A stretch of DNA of 64,000 nt from Amphiscolops sp. MND2022 (lineage: Eukaryota): positions 44,518,001 to 44,582,000 of the forward strand of contig OZ076409.1 in the NCBI GenBank assembly GCA_964187785.1, given 5' to 3'. Shown piece by piece: positions 1 through 13,385 of the stretch. The first letter of the stretch is position 1, and the number at the start of each line of letters is the position of its first letter. Under the pieces are notes generated by a model. It was not told the origin of the DNA, searched no databases, and saw nothing but the letters and a program-made list of their open reading frames with translations. The translations under genes and the position numbers were made by a program.

Positions 1-703
1 CGCTTGTAGCGTGTTTCCTCGTAGCAGTGAGTGGAATCAATTTTTTTTCTGGACTTCCGTGAGATTGGGGTATATTTTAATATTGTTTCGGAATAGGTCC
101 TCAAAAAGTTCAAAACTTTTCGGACTTACCATCGAAGACTGGAAGCGAAGCGGTGAGTGCTTTCGGCATCGGAAGTTGATTGGTAGATGGGAATGTCTGC
201 GGTTGTGGCGCGAACAGTATCTTCGATGTAGAAGGACGGTCTCTAGTTGGTTCGCTAGGCGCTCGTTGTTGTTTTGGCCTCTTTGTGGGTTGATTGGTGG
301 AGTCATTGAGGACTCCTGTCACCATGTTACGACAGTTTACCGGTGTTGTTTTCGAGCTAGTCGCAGTGTGAACTTTGACGGGTGTGGACGTCCTCGTTAT
401 GGAGATGTTCTCTGGTTCAGAATCAGAGTCTTGAACATCTGAGCGGACAGTTTGTTTTTTATTCAAAGATGCTATTAGTTTAAGCATTTCTTTTTGGTTT
501 TCTGCAAGTATTTTAGTTAAATCAGACATGATTTCTTTCCTTAGAAATGTTTTTATCTCAACTAGACTCTCAGGCTCTACTCTAGGGACTTTGCTAGAAC
601 TAGCTACGAGGTTTTCCGACGGAGAGTTCTCGGCTAAAGAAACTTCTAAATCTTCAGGAACTAATTCAGCTACAGCTTTCCTCTTCTGACTTCTAGTTGT
701 CAT
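1..703 (-). pseudogene. gag: Gypsy family A gag, N-terminal part (frameshifted near 112; runs off the window start)
   Basis: ORF 110..793 from MTTRSQKRKA (ATG 703) ends LPVFDGKSEKF and continues ELFEDLFRNNIK in another frame; the same FDGKSEKFELFEDLF motif occurs in the CCHC-bearing gag at 36186..37343. Confidence 0.85.
313..324 (-). promoter_or_regulatory. Primer binding site of Gypsy family A (TGGTGACAGGAG)
   Basis: Starts with TGG directly after the LTR 3' end (...GTCGTAACA); an identical 12-mer follows the family B LTR at 37331-37342. Confidence 0.8.
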
Positions 704-3234
704 TTTGGATTGAAAACTCAAGGTCTTCGGCAAAATCGAATTCTTTGAAGAAATATTGATTTTCTGTTTTGAAAAGAACAGTTTGAACTGCAAAATATCA
801 CAAAGACTAACTGATTTTACATGTAAATTCTACATATTTATACCCTTTCAGCATCATTTGTTCGGATCACGTAAATAACTTCTAAATAAATAAGTTCTAA
901 AATTATATTAGTAAATAACTTCTAAATAAATAAGTTCTAAAATTATATTAGTAAATAACTTCTAAAATGCATTTGCGTCTGGTAACTTCTGAAATCATTC
1001 TAGTAAAGATTGCTATTCATTCTTCCGAAAAAAAATTAACCGTTCCATTATTCCGAAAATAAACTTACCGTTCTATTATTCCGAAAACTGTTATTTGAAA
1101 AGATAAGCATATTTGTTGTATGGCTCGGTCGCTTCGCTCCCTTCGCCAAGTAGCAACATTGAGGCATGGCCATATGGCACGTCGCTCCGCTTCGCTTCGC
1201 TCCTGCATTTAGGGCACTAGGGGTATGTGAACATAGCTAACGACGTTATAGAAATAATTACGTCAAAATAGCTGTTTGGAAGTTATTTACTAGATGCCAT
1301 TGCAATTTAGAAGTTATTTACTAAAATAATTTTAGAACTTATTTATTTAGAAGTTGTTTACTATATTAATTAGAAGTTATTTATTTAGAAGTTATTTACT
1401 TCCCCCATTTGTTCCTCACCTAAAAATTCCTAGGTATCACAAAAATCGGGTTTGTTCAGCAAGAAAAGCTTATAATTCAAATTATTTCAGCCCGGCATCA
1501 TAAAATCAGGTATCATAAATCCTAGTTGCGCCGCTATTCCGTAATATTTGTTGAAATCATTTTTGTTCAGGCAATTCCATTTCCTGTTTGAGTCTTAAAA
1601 TTGCGGCAAAATAAAAGTCTAGCTGAAATTTTCAATGACGAATGCACGCTGGCGTGAACAATTAGTTACTTCCCAAACTAGAAAATTAATGTTCGAAGCA
1701 AAAGTATGACACTCAAAAATATTAACGGAACTGAAACGAAATAAAGAAATTCGGAAATGGCAAATATTTAAATGCTAGAAAAGAACAAACGATGCCAATG
1801 CGGTATCAACACATGAGTGTTTGTTATGATAGCAACTGTGGTATATTGTGGCAACAGTGGTACAAATTAACAAAGGAACGTAAACAGTTATAACGGAAAC
1901 ATTCCGCTGGTATAATATAACATTTGTCACTGACAAATTCATGGATAGCACAAAATATCAGCCAATAGCTAACTAGAAAATAGAAGAAAATGGTGCAAGC
2001 ACCAAACAACGGCTGTTTAGAAATAGTGGAAATGGTATAAACATCAAGCGTCAACAGTAAATTATGATTACGGTAGTTACACAAACTTGGAAGATCACGA
2101 TAGTATATTTTAGATATGAGTTGCCCTTACGTTGCATATTCGTTCTCAAAAATAAACTTTGTGTTGTGAGAAAAACTCTTCAACTAGAAAATGTTTGCTA
2201 AATACTATGATTACAACGTAAGTTAACCGTGTTCTTCCCTTGACCTGTTTTAAGGTTAATACTTCAATTTGCCTTACAGTAGAGTTCATTTTGTATGAAA
2301 TTTTATCCGAAAACAATATCTAAATGCGTCGATTCGAAAAAAAGATGATCAATGTTAAATGTTCATTCAATTTAGTGCTTTATAATCATGATTTCTCATA
2401 TTGCTCCGTAAGTGCTTCGTACGTATTAAGATCAGCTATAGCTGAACAGCGGAATACAGTTTTACAATCCGCTCCATAGATGCTCCGTTCGTAATAAGAT
2501 TAGATATAGCTAGGCAGCGGCGATAGCAGGCGGAGCGAGAACGGAAAGCGTAGGTGAAATCATTCTTATTTTGTCAGTCAATTGGCGCTGCTAGGGGCAA
2601 CCAAGCATTGCTTTACCGACTTGAGCTCAAATATTTTAGCTGAGGAGCAATGCTATTGGTCCGTTAAAATAGAAATACTGGTTGCTTGTTTAGTCGAGTG
2701 ACGCTGTCATAACGTTGTAAACACTTGCTTAAAACTACTTGACTGTGGTATTAAGTGGATATTTGACAACTATTTTAATACTGGATTACAGTTCCACTAT
2801 ACTTTTGTATGTTCTTTCATTTTAGATTGTATGAACTCCGTTAGGATCTCGGGGTTAAGTATTATTCTCAATGTTTTCATTTTAGTGTGGAGCAGCAAGA
2901 AATGATCTCATTTTAGAAAATGTTTTTGTTTTAGTATTTAGATTTGTATGGAAACTTCAAAAGTCAAAACCGGAAATAAAAAGTGGCGTTGTACGTGAAA
3001 ATTTTTGACTGGAAGTTTTAGTTAGTTTAGAATCATTTCTGAAAATATTCCGTAACGCTTACGTTGGATTCTGTGTCCGGAAAATTATCTGCAATTATTT
3101 AGCTGTGCTGTAAGTAGAAATTGATTAGTTTAGCAAAGTTTAAAAGTATTTATTGTGTCCTTGTCCGCATCCTCTGCCGAATCCCGGTATGCCAGAGCAG
3201 CAAGTGAAATTACGACCGGGAGCGGGTCGTGACA
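325..3234 (-). mobile_element. Long terminal repeat of Gypsy family A (~2.9 kb including a 0.55-kb MITE insertion)
   Basis: Begins TGTCACGAC (3234) and ends GTCGTAACA (325), an 8/9 terminal inverted match; preceded by purine-rich AGGAGAGGGG and followed by the PBS; diverged inverted copy at 16533-17848. Confidence 0.8.
864..1405. mobile_element. Non-autonomous foldback/Mutator-like MITE with 9-bp TSD
   Basis: CATTTGTTC is duplicated at 855-863 and 1406-1414; arms consist of tandem ~40-bp GTAAATAACTTCTAAATAAATAAGTTCTAAAATT units, inverted at the other end; the empty site is visible in the paralogous LTR near 17670-17690. Confidence 0.85.
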
Positions 3235-3659
3235 GGGCCCCTCTCCTGGCTAAATAAGTTGGTAGTTCGTGACAGTGCGGGATTTCTTTTGTCACTATCA
3301 CTGAGAGTCGGCTGACATAGTTCCTTATCTGGTGGGGGCCACGTCCTCTCCCCGCCGTCTTGTATGCAAACTTTTTTCGTCCTCTTCTAGCTCCCGAACC
3401 ATTTTTTCGAAATGTTCTTGAGCTGCGGGGGAACACAATTCTTCGTGGTACTCTTGCGGAGTCTTTTTCCTTGAATCATTTAGAAGATTTTGGAAGTATG
3501 TGTGATTAAACGTTTCATTCTCCCTCGGAATGTTATATTCGTACCAGACAAAATTGTTGGAATTGTATATGTTAAGCGGATTACATGAATGGCGGTAAAA
3601 TTCCCGTGGGCAACTGCAGTGGTTGTTAGATGCATTTCTCTGTTTCATCGTGATCTATA

Positions 3660-6600
3660 TATTGAAAACCAAAAACTGACCACTCAATGGCAGTCAACAA
3701 ATCCAAACTACGATTAACGAAACAGCACGTGCAACTAAACTGTCAGCACGTTCCAAAGCTGTTCGTGATAAAGAAAGAACAATGTTACGACAAATACAAA
3801 CGTATCTCGATAAGGAAATGTAGGAAATGTCTCAAATGGATGAACAAACTTTTGCTGCTGCTGACGTTATTGGAAGCACTTATGAACGTCGTGATCGAAG
3901 ACGGAAGATCTTCTCCAGGTTTCGTTAGAAGTCGACGAGCTGAAAATGATTGTTTTCCCAGAATTTATAAAAACAGAATCCGTTTGAGACTGGCATGGAG
4001 ACCAACAGCGTAGATGTAGCAGGGAACAACCTCAATAATGAGACAATTCATTACATATTTCGCTTCGTAACAAATCCATTCACAGTCATTTTTTCGACAC
4101 ATCACTTTTCAACTAAGAGCACCGAAATTCCAGCCCACTCAACAGCGGGAACAACATCAGGTCAATAAACTTTGGGGAAGTAAAACCTCACAACGATGAG
4201 AGTAGCCAATTCCCAATTATGATTTGAAACACACGAGGTGACAAACACCCAGAAACATGCGTATCAGCGAAGCGAGGTCTGACAACAGGTCGAGCGAAAA
4301 ACGCATTTTAAAGCTTTAAATGCAATGTTCTTTTCCACAGAGCAATGGAAGAAGAACGTCAACGCCCCGGATACTCGTTAATGTTTTCATAGGAAAATTC
4401 TTCAATTGTCAACGACTCGGGACTTCATCATCACTACTGTACATACTTTGAAAAAATTTATGGTTTGATCTCGGACGTTTGTTCATCAGCAAATTTGATG
4501 CATACTACAGACAAGCAGCTTCACACAGATGCCGTCAAATGCATACAATTTCTTTTCAATTGGAGCCTTTATCTCCCCCATTGGAAACCTTAAGCAATTG
4601 GTTCAAAACAATTGCACAAGCAGCTGGAAGACTATCACCGTCCATACTCAATAGACAAATCTGAAAAGACACTCAAAGCTTCGAATGAGCGCTTAACAAG
4701 CTGAACAGACAGTTTTGGGTTACAGTTGATCGTTCTTTTGTACAACAGCAAAGACCTAAACGAATTGGAAACAGAAAAACTAATCAAAGTGACATTCAAT
4801 CCAAATTGTGATTTTCAGTTGGAGAACCTCTTGGAAGCAGAAATATCCTAAATGGAATACGTCCACTTGATGATGGAAGAAACCCAAATATCAACTGTCC
4901 CCTCTTCAGCGGAAAAAACTCAATAGAGCGTCAACAGAGTTTACAGCGGTCACAAATGTTTAAAATGCTTGAGTTCTTTACGCACGGTTTACCATGAAGA
5001 AGACTCTGGTGCTAGACACAATAATTTCGTCATAGGTGAAAAATCATTTTAGTAGGCAAAACGCTATGATCTTAAAGCACTAACGTTGAAACCAATGACT
5101 TCTGCCGCAGTGACGACTCAGTCATTTCCGCACAAGAACAATCAAACAAAACGTTCCATTGTGCAATTTGTATCTGTTGATCTTCGCAACATGGACGGTC
5201 TCGCACACCCTACGGTTTCCAGACCATGCAGTCTTCTCTCGGAGATTGCTGATTTTCCTGAAATTCATCTCATCTTCGTCATCTAAAGGAAATTAGGAAG
5301 AATGAACTACAACAGTTAAACTATCATTGAAGTGTATTTGGGGACCTCAAACAGCTATGCAACAAAACGGTACCCCTGAAAAAAGGTGTCGTTCTGGACA
5401 ACCCGCAAATTCCTCAAATGCGCACCAACCAGTGCAAGACCTTAGCTTCCTACGAAGCCTTGAAAAAGACTTCCCCAAAATCAGCAACCAGAAAGTCTGT
5501 TTTACTTGGAGTAGATGTCTTGAATTTAAACGTTCTTCGTGAAGTAAATACTGGACTACCTAACACACCACTAGGACGTTTTCCGTTGGAACGTCACAGA
5601 ACAACTTTCGGAATCAACACCAATGGGAATCAACGCCTTAAAATAAGTCCTAGCGACACGCTTTTGTGACAATTGCTTCGACAAAGGTGCTCTACTCAGC
5701 GACCAGGTGCCGCAGTCGTGGACAACATAAAAAAAAACGGAACAGATCCGGTGATCGAAATTCAGACGATTTCGAATCAGAAACTTTATTTACTTTGGAA
5801 TTGGAATAGACTGGTTATCAAAAATTAGGAGTTCAGTTCAAATCGTGCCTGCTTTGGAAAGACGATTCAATGTTACAAACAACAGACGTAGAGCCAAAAA
5901 CTCCCTAATATTTTTGTTGCTCGATTGGAAGAGAAGTCCAAAAAGAAACATCGTTACGATGCAGCAATTCAGAAGCATTTAGTAGCAGGATTCATCCGGT
6001 AAGTCACCCCGAAAGAAGATCTGGACATGAAATGGTATCTTTTTCATTACGAAACCGAACCAGAACAAGCCAAGCGTGCTTCGCCGTAGAGCGAACACAG
6101 CAGCACCAAAAAGTGGAGTTTGCCTCAATGACATTGTTACCAGGTGCGGGTTTGTGTGGTAACATGCTTGCAACCTGATGAGACACCGCGAAAGACAATT
6201 AGCCCTCTAACAAGATTTTGAAGGCTTTTTGTGCAGGTGAAAGTTCGAGAATAAGATCGGGAATGATTAGGGTCTATTTACAAATCCAATGCAGCATAAG
6301 TATTTCAGTACCAGCGTCATGTTTCTAGCGTCGCTGTTCACCATAGTAAATCATTTTCAGTGCATTGAAAATTAGTCGAGGCGGTAAATTGTAAATCTTT
6401 TCCTAGGTTCCTCCGATTCGGAGAAAGTTGTATTAATATTCAGAAAGAGCTACAGACAACATTAGCGCGAGGACAGTCCGATTTGGTGAAGTTGTGCAAC
6501 AACGATTAACCAGTTTTGCGATCGTGTGGACCCAACAAAAATGTGCGAACGCGTTAACGAAATTTCAACTAACGATAACTTCCACTGTGTCTTGTTTGGG

Positions 6601-8170
6601 TAAGTCGTGACACATCCCAACATCAAAACTTGCCTTTTTTCCACCTACCAACAGTTTAAAGACAAAAATACTTTAAACAATCCAGGACTATTTTTCAGCG
6701 TTATTCAGCAGCTGTTTGACCCCTCTGTTGAACAACACCTTAATCGAATTATAATTCTTCCGCAGCATCAATGGAGAAGCGGACATCACTGGTTCCGTCG
6801 TATCACCGACAGCAAATTGAGCGAAAACCTCATAGCATGGATTAAAGAACTAGCTCAATTCCCCAAGCTTCTGATTTCCCGCCAGCATGTTTTGGTGTGA
6901 ATCATCCTTTTGGTAAATTTCTTTTTATCTAAAGCTTCGCTTTCAGCGAGATCATTCGTTGAAATTCATTGATGATTTTGCCTGCAAGTTCAATTAACCT
7001 AGAATCTGAGTTAACTGTGTACTTGCAGAAGTTAAAGCGGCCCGACTGACATTTGAAACAATACGCAGCTGTGTATTGTATGTGGTTGAGTAAAATTGTA
7101 ATATCAATGCTTTTTCATGTCCATTTGCGAAAGTCTTTCATTGGATCTCAAGCTAATCTGTATTCTCATGGATCAAACGAAAGGCACAATTTGTTTGTAG
7201 CTAACTGTTTGAACGAGGATTTGCAAAACAGTTATTGCATTGGTTCTTCGTCCCAACCAATAAAAACCCAGCAGATAATGCTACAAGGGGTCTTTATGCA
7301 GTCATCGCTTTCACATCACATGCAAGGTTGGCTGGCTCTGGTTTTCTTGCAGACGAAAAGCGATGGCCGAAACACGTCAAAAACTTTTTGGCTCAAACTT
7401 GCTTAGTTACAACCGATTTTGTTCCAAGTAATTTCTTCAAAAGTCCTTTCATAACTTATCAAGCGTTCCGACAGTAGACTGGTCTATTGAAAGCTATCGT
7501 CATTGTCATAAAGTTCGCCGCAGGGTCAAAAAACCGGAACATCAACTACACAGAAGCCCACAAAGCTACAACTTTTGAGCTTTTTAGGGTTTCCCAACTA
7601 GGAGGTTTCGAAAAAAGTATCAAAGTTTCGTCAAACGAAATCATCAGGTTCTCCTAAATGCAGACCGATAAATTTTTCACCCTATCTTACGGACAAAAGA
7701 AATTTTTCAACAGACTCCAGAAGAAACTTTGTGACAGCCAACCCCATGTTGTAAGATGGAAAACATAACACTGTACGTCTTTTCCTCATACATCAAGACA
7801 AAGTGCATCGATGCGTCGAAGTTGAACACTTGCACAAATTATGATAACATTATTTCAAGATATTAGGATCTTTGGCCAACACGATTGGCTGACCTGTCGA
7901 ATTGCAGATTTCAACTTGAGCCAGCTATTTTTTAGAATGTCGGATTGGACCACTTTGGACCTTCTCCCGACCTCGTTGGTACATGGTTAAGAAGCGACTA
8001 GAAATTCTAATTTTGATTGACTTCGTTACGCTAAATTGCCATGTGTGGAAATTGCCTTTCAGTCCATGAAAGGAACATATTTTTGTCTGCAAAAGCACCC
8101 GTCATGCCAATTTCTAGAATCGTTAGGAACTCCCGGTCAAATAATCAACGTGATTTTCCGTCAAATTTTC
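3660..8170 (+). pseudogene. Heavily decayed BEL/Pao retrotransposon gag-pol
   Basis: Remnant motifs: RT-region WYL..H and GxxLxGN-like (~6030-6170), RNase H-like FFVPTNKNPADNATRG (ORF 7235..7477), integrase VGLDHFGP (~7940); many stops and frameshifts. Confidence 0.75.
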
Positions 8171-8189
8171 ACATAGAGAAAAAATCATT

Positions 8190-10440
8190 TTTCAGACAAA
8201 TACGATGGTTCGTGTTCCGCAATGTACGCCAGCAAGAGGATAGGGATCTTTAACTTCTCGGTAGCTATAGATCTTTGTTCCGGCGTTTATGTTTGGATGA
8301 ATGTGAACCGCTTTGTGATGGGTGTTGTTTCTTGCCTGGCCACAGATCCCCTCGGTGAATCGCTTGCATTTCACGTCGTTTGTCCCATGTATTCCAGCCA
8401 CAAATTTCTTCACCGTGATCGTTTAACTTGTCGGCCGAGGTCTTGTCTATGAACGATAGCCTTGCTCCAGAGTCGCACAACGCCAAGATTGATTCGTGCT
8501 TCTTTCCACTTTGGATGATAATAGGAATAACATTTGATAGAAATGTTTAATTCACTGCTGCTTTTTGTTGTGGGTCGTCCTCTACTCTCTTTCGGCCGTC
8601 CAGTTACCTCGTGATGTAGCAATCGATGGTGTCCCATGCTTGCACAGCCACACAACAAAAGCAGAGGTTCTTTTTTGGCTTCTTCAATTCGAGCTTGACA
8701 TGTCATTTTGAGAAACTTCTCGCGTTTCCACAAAGGATTTCCACCATCTTTCAGAGAAAAAACCTGACCGAGGGTTGCCGTCAGCGAAGGTTAAAAACTT
8801 AGAGTTGGTTGGTTCGTCTTCATCTGGTCATTTCGATTTGTCAGCGTTGGAATTGCCTGCCATGAGAACGTCTTCCTGCACGCTGCTAATTCTTGCAACT
8901 ATACGGCTGAAGGTTTCTAGCCCTATGTAGTAATTGGCAATTAGTCTCGCGTAAGTCAACCATATTGTCTTCATGTTCAGGGGAAATTTTCCTGTCGCAC
9001 TACTCAGGACCCCTTCTGACTGCAATTCGCCAATATAGTCTATCTGTCAGAATTTGTACACAACATGAAACTGTTCGCAAGTACTTGACCAATGCTAAAG
9101 AGTCGTACGCTTTCACTGGTGGAAAGGTATATATGCGTCTCCGTTGTGCGGTAACTGCCACTTGTGGTCTCCTAAAGTACGCAACCAAGGTATTCCAAGC
9201 AGTATCGTACATTTCTCCGGTGTAGCCTAGTACAGCGATGACTTTTTTGGCTTTCCCAGTAACTATTGTGTTAAGATGGTTCATGTTGAAGCTGGCGTCA
9301 ATTTTTGCAGCGTGTACGGTGCGACAGAAACAAACCGGACCACTCGGGCCATTCTAATAGGTCATCTGAGAACTCTGATAACTCCATTTCGGCAAACTGG
9401 CAGATAGATTCACGTTTTCGATTTTTGTGGGTCCAAAATGACTGTGTGGGTGCAGTGGAGGTCACTGGGGTTGCCACGTGTGGTGGTATTTTATCGTTTT
9501 TCGTCTTGTTAATCGTTTATGGTTGATTGGTGATAGAACGTTTGCAAACTGAACATGTGGTGGCGCAGCATACTTCAGCGTTAGAGGTGCCGCTTCCAAG
9601 ACGAAAAGCTTACCCGCGTTACTCACGTTTGCTACTCTTCGCTTTGCTATTTTGGCCGCTGGTTGGAATAGTTTTGCTGTCAGTGGCATCGTATCAGGTT
9701 TTCGTTGATTAGGTTCGCTGGCCAGTGCGATTCTGGATACAACATTCTCATTCTCTTGTAGCGTTTCGTTCATATTCGATTTGATCAAGTCAAGAAGGTA
9801 CATTTTTAAACTGAACGCTTTGAATGTGGACTGTAGTGACGCTCCAGAAATTTGTACTTGCTCGGCTACTCTCTGCTCGGGCTAATTCCGTTTTCTTTTC
9901 TGATATCCGTTTAGCCCTCGCCTTTTCTCCTTTGAGTTTAGCAATTTCCAGCTTTTCTGAAAATATCCTCATATTCATCTGTTGTTTCTTTTGGATCTCA
10001 GCTTGACGTTTTTTGACAGCTAGTTGTTCATCGATTTCTTCTTGTTTCTTCATTGCTTCCAAGTCTAAAAGAAGTTCAGGTTTCGCATTTGTTGACTTAA
10101 AACTCACTGTTGTTTTGCTTCCCTTCGAATGTGCCTTGCTTGCACGCTGGTTGAGCTTTTCAGCTAGCGATGTCACTTTATTGATGGAACGTATCAAACA
10201 CGAATTGAGTACAAGGGCGCCCCGTGCTCCTTCTTGATTCGTATTCTCTTGAGGAGAGTTGTCACAAGACTTTCGTTGTTGCTCTTGCCACTTCGCCCTG
10301 GCGCGGGCCATGGTTCCATCCATACGAGGAAATTCACGATAGATCGAATTAGACTCATTTGGTTTCAACAACCCATCCGTTTTAGCTACAATTTCCGCTC
10401 TTCTTTTGAGACTTTCTTTGTTGTTTTCCAACAAATTTTT
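8190..10440 (-). pseudogene. Second decayed BEL/Pao element: coiled-coil N-terminus, gag (DUF1759-like), zinc knuckle, aspartic protease
   Basis: EWPEWSGLF, MNHLNTIVTGKAKKVIAVLGYTGEMYDTAWNTLVAYFRRPQ, C..C...HHRLLH and ALCDSGARLSFI in ORFs 9000..9284, 8410..8733, 8265..8486. Confidence 0.8.
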
Positions 10441-11001
10441 GTAATTGTCAGAATTGCAAAGAGTATCCTGATCCTGTGCATCAATGTAAGCATCTGACCA
10501 ATGTTTTTATTTCGTCCTCCCAAGGAAGTTAATTCATCCTGATATCTGCATAATGGGTCGCCTTCAGTATCAATCCTGTTACTTGGTTTTCAAAAACGCT
10601 TTGTTCGCCGAGATGAGTTTCTCCCAACTGGTCAGTACGTCTTGTCGGTTTGGCTTAATGTCTGCAAGGTTCTCATTTGTCACCCAGCTCAACATTGTAT
10701 AACCTCCACTTTTGTCTCTATTGAATTGCTTTCATGTTGCTCTCCCATTGTGGTTTTTCCTTAGAACTCTCAAAATAGTAGTCTATTCTTTTGTAATCGA
10801 CTGTCTCAGGTTCAGCCATCTTTGAAGTAGCCTCAGACCCCAGATTCGCTATATAACCGAAGAGTTCAACTATTCCACTGCGAATACAATCCCCAGTAAG
10901 CATTTGAAGCAGCGCAAAACGCCAGAGGACACTGTACACCCAGGAAAGCCCAATTGAGAGCACTTGACAGCACGCAGTGTTTTGTATAGCTCACCAACAT
11001 T

Positions 11002-11217
11002 TGTTAAACAGTGGTCGTTCACAGTACACGTTCACGCGTTCGAATAATAGTTTTTTCTCGCTATGTAGCAACCAGATGATCATCCAGTTGTCCGCCCATT
11101 TGATGATGTCCGCCCATTTTAAGAAGTCCGCCCAATTGATCATATCCGCCCAATTGATGATGTCCGGGTCAGCGGACCAAATGTAACGGCTGTTTGATCC
11201 CTTCAATTGACCCAACA
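11002..11217 (-). mobile_element. Putative short LTR containing ~5 copies of an 18-bp repeat (TCCGCCCAATTGATGATG on +)
   Basis: TGTT...AACA ends on the minus strand, followed 5 nt later by TGGTGAGC (PBS-like); lies upstream of the minus-strand BEL gag. Confidence 0.4.
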
Positions 11218-11609
11218 TTATGCTGCCTTAAATTCGGTGCTCGATACCACGGATCGTTTCCGAACACTGCTTGTTCCGTAGAGAACAAGGACTGTATCTT
11301 GACTTAGACGCCATGCCACAATATGCATTACCTAATACTTGGATACCCAATTGTGATTCTTTCATATCGAAAAGGAAGGAGAAACCACATCCTTGAAAAA
11401 GTGTGAATAAGGTGTGAATTCGTAATTAGTTTTTGAGAAAGTGTGACGAAGAAAGGTCGAATTTGACTTTTTGACTGATAAATCAGAGCACATTAACCCT
11501 GTCCTTTAGTTCTGCACAATATTTCAGCATTAGTATTAACTAAGATAATTGCCCTCAAATTGATATGAAAATTGAAATGGCACAAAATCCGAATTAAAGA
11601 CCTGGGAAA

Positions 11610-12930
11610 ATGGCTGATGATAGTGATTCAACACAACCTGTGGACGATATTTGGGATGTTTCGAACTTATCCTAAATGAGCTTTAACTCAAAAAGAAGCT
11701 GTAACTGTGTAATCATATTGTGGAAACGCTGGATGCTGGGTCTTCAGGAGAGTGGTGACGAATTTTCAGCATGTAGTTTAGACATGTTTACAAACTTCCG
11801 GTCAGTTATTATTGATTATTTTCCCGTGTTTTTCAATGAATTACGAAGAGCCGCGGATTCCCGCTCCTGGTTTCTCTCCCTAGAACACTCCATCAAATAA
11901 TATTGAACATGCAGCTATTGGTAAAAGAAATGAATCTGCCATTCACATTGTTAACAGATAGAAATTGAGAAATCAATAAAGTTTCTGGATAATCGAATGA
12001 CTACTAACAGCAAAGAGATATCAACCAGTTAAGGAACGGGCCGAAATAATAACCGATGAAATGGAGCTACAACTGCAGAACAGATGCAATCTAGGCTCCA
12101 AAAATCCCAAACAGTTCTTGTGGACTGTTTCTTACATTGTTGGAAGCATTTCACCCTACGCTCAAAACGAGAACATTGAAATTGTTAGGTTCCGGATCAC
12201 AAATACAAATGGTTAGTAAGTCCCCGCTTGGAAAAGTGGTATACAATGAAACAAGGTCGAAGATGAACCCAGCTGGTATGCGGAACTTAAAACGTGAACC
12301 AAAAAGTATGGAATTAATGGCCACCAATACTAACCATTGTCCAGTTGAGATCAAAATTTACATTAGTAAAATTCCAGCTGGATACAAAGACTTCTACTGT
12401 TCTACCCAATCCAAATTTCGAGCCAGGTTGTTCTTTTTGGTATTGGAACCAACCAGTTGGAGAAAAAATGATGTGAAATCGTTAGAAAAATATCAATCAT
12501 TGCTGGGAGGGATCAAAATCTGTTCAGGTCTGGCCACTCCCTGCGTGCGTCAGCAATTACAGCTCTGGCCAAAAAAACATTCCCAGACTCCAGTATTCAA
12601 AAATCTAGTCGCCAACGAAGTGTTCAAGCATTGAACATATACAAGCGGTCGAAAGAGGTGCATGAGACGATTTCTAATACATTGACGAACCCAGTGTTGA
12701 CCCTGCAGCATGCCTCTACTGAAGTAGCAGTATGCACTGATCTAATTGCAGGAACGTCAAAAAGCCATCAAATAGTTTAATTCGAACGAGCGAAACCAAA
12801 AGACGATTATGATGACTGGAGTGACAATGATTTAGACCGTGAATTAGCAGTTGCTGCTGAAAAAGCCGAGAAAACTGAAATGGCTAAGAAAATTTGTAGA
12901 GACTATACAATTGAATTCATGTTCGAATTT
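11610..12930 (+). pseudogene. Crypton-type (DUF3504-like) tyrosine recombinase, disrupted
   Basis: Pieces in different frames: LGSKNPKQFLWTV, YNETRSKMNPAG, NHCPV, WYWNQPVG, GHSLRASAITAL...RQRSVQALNIYKR (HxLR ... H/R-S ... Y catalytic pattern). Confidence 0.8.
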
Positions 12931-13385
12931 TAACGTAAACATCAATATTAACTGAATTAATGTGTTGAAGTCAGAAGTTTGCTTTCCCTAGGTTATTTTG
13001 TGGCTATATGCCGTCTAAATACGTTATACCGCAATGTATTTGCAGAGTTTCATTCTAAAGAGGGCTTATGGGTGAATAAAAATGTTTACATATTGGCTCA
13101 ATGACCTTGAATAGCGCACAAGCGAGGGGTAAAGGGGGTTGAAATAGCTAAATGACCTTGAAACTTAGCCGCTGCGTTTGTGCTAGGTACCAGCATACAT
13201 GTGCCAAGTTTCATGGCTTTATGGTTTATAGTTGTGGAGAAGACCCGTTGGGGGGGGGGACTTTCGATTTTGTGATGGTCGATATTTCATCAAAGTTTCC
13301 AAAAGCTTAAGTCTTGTTTTTCAACCTGCATGTTTACAATCAATTTTTTTGCCTGCTGATGACTGGCGCCAACATGTACCGAAAA

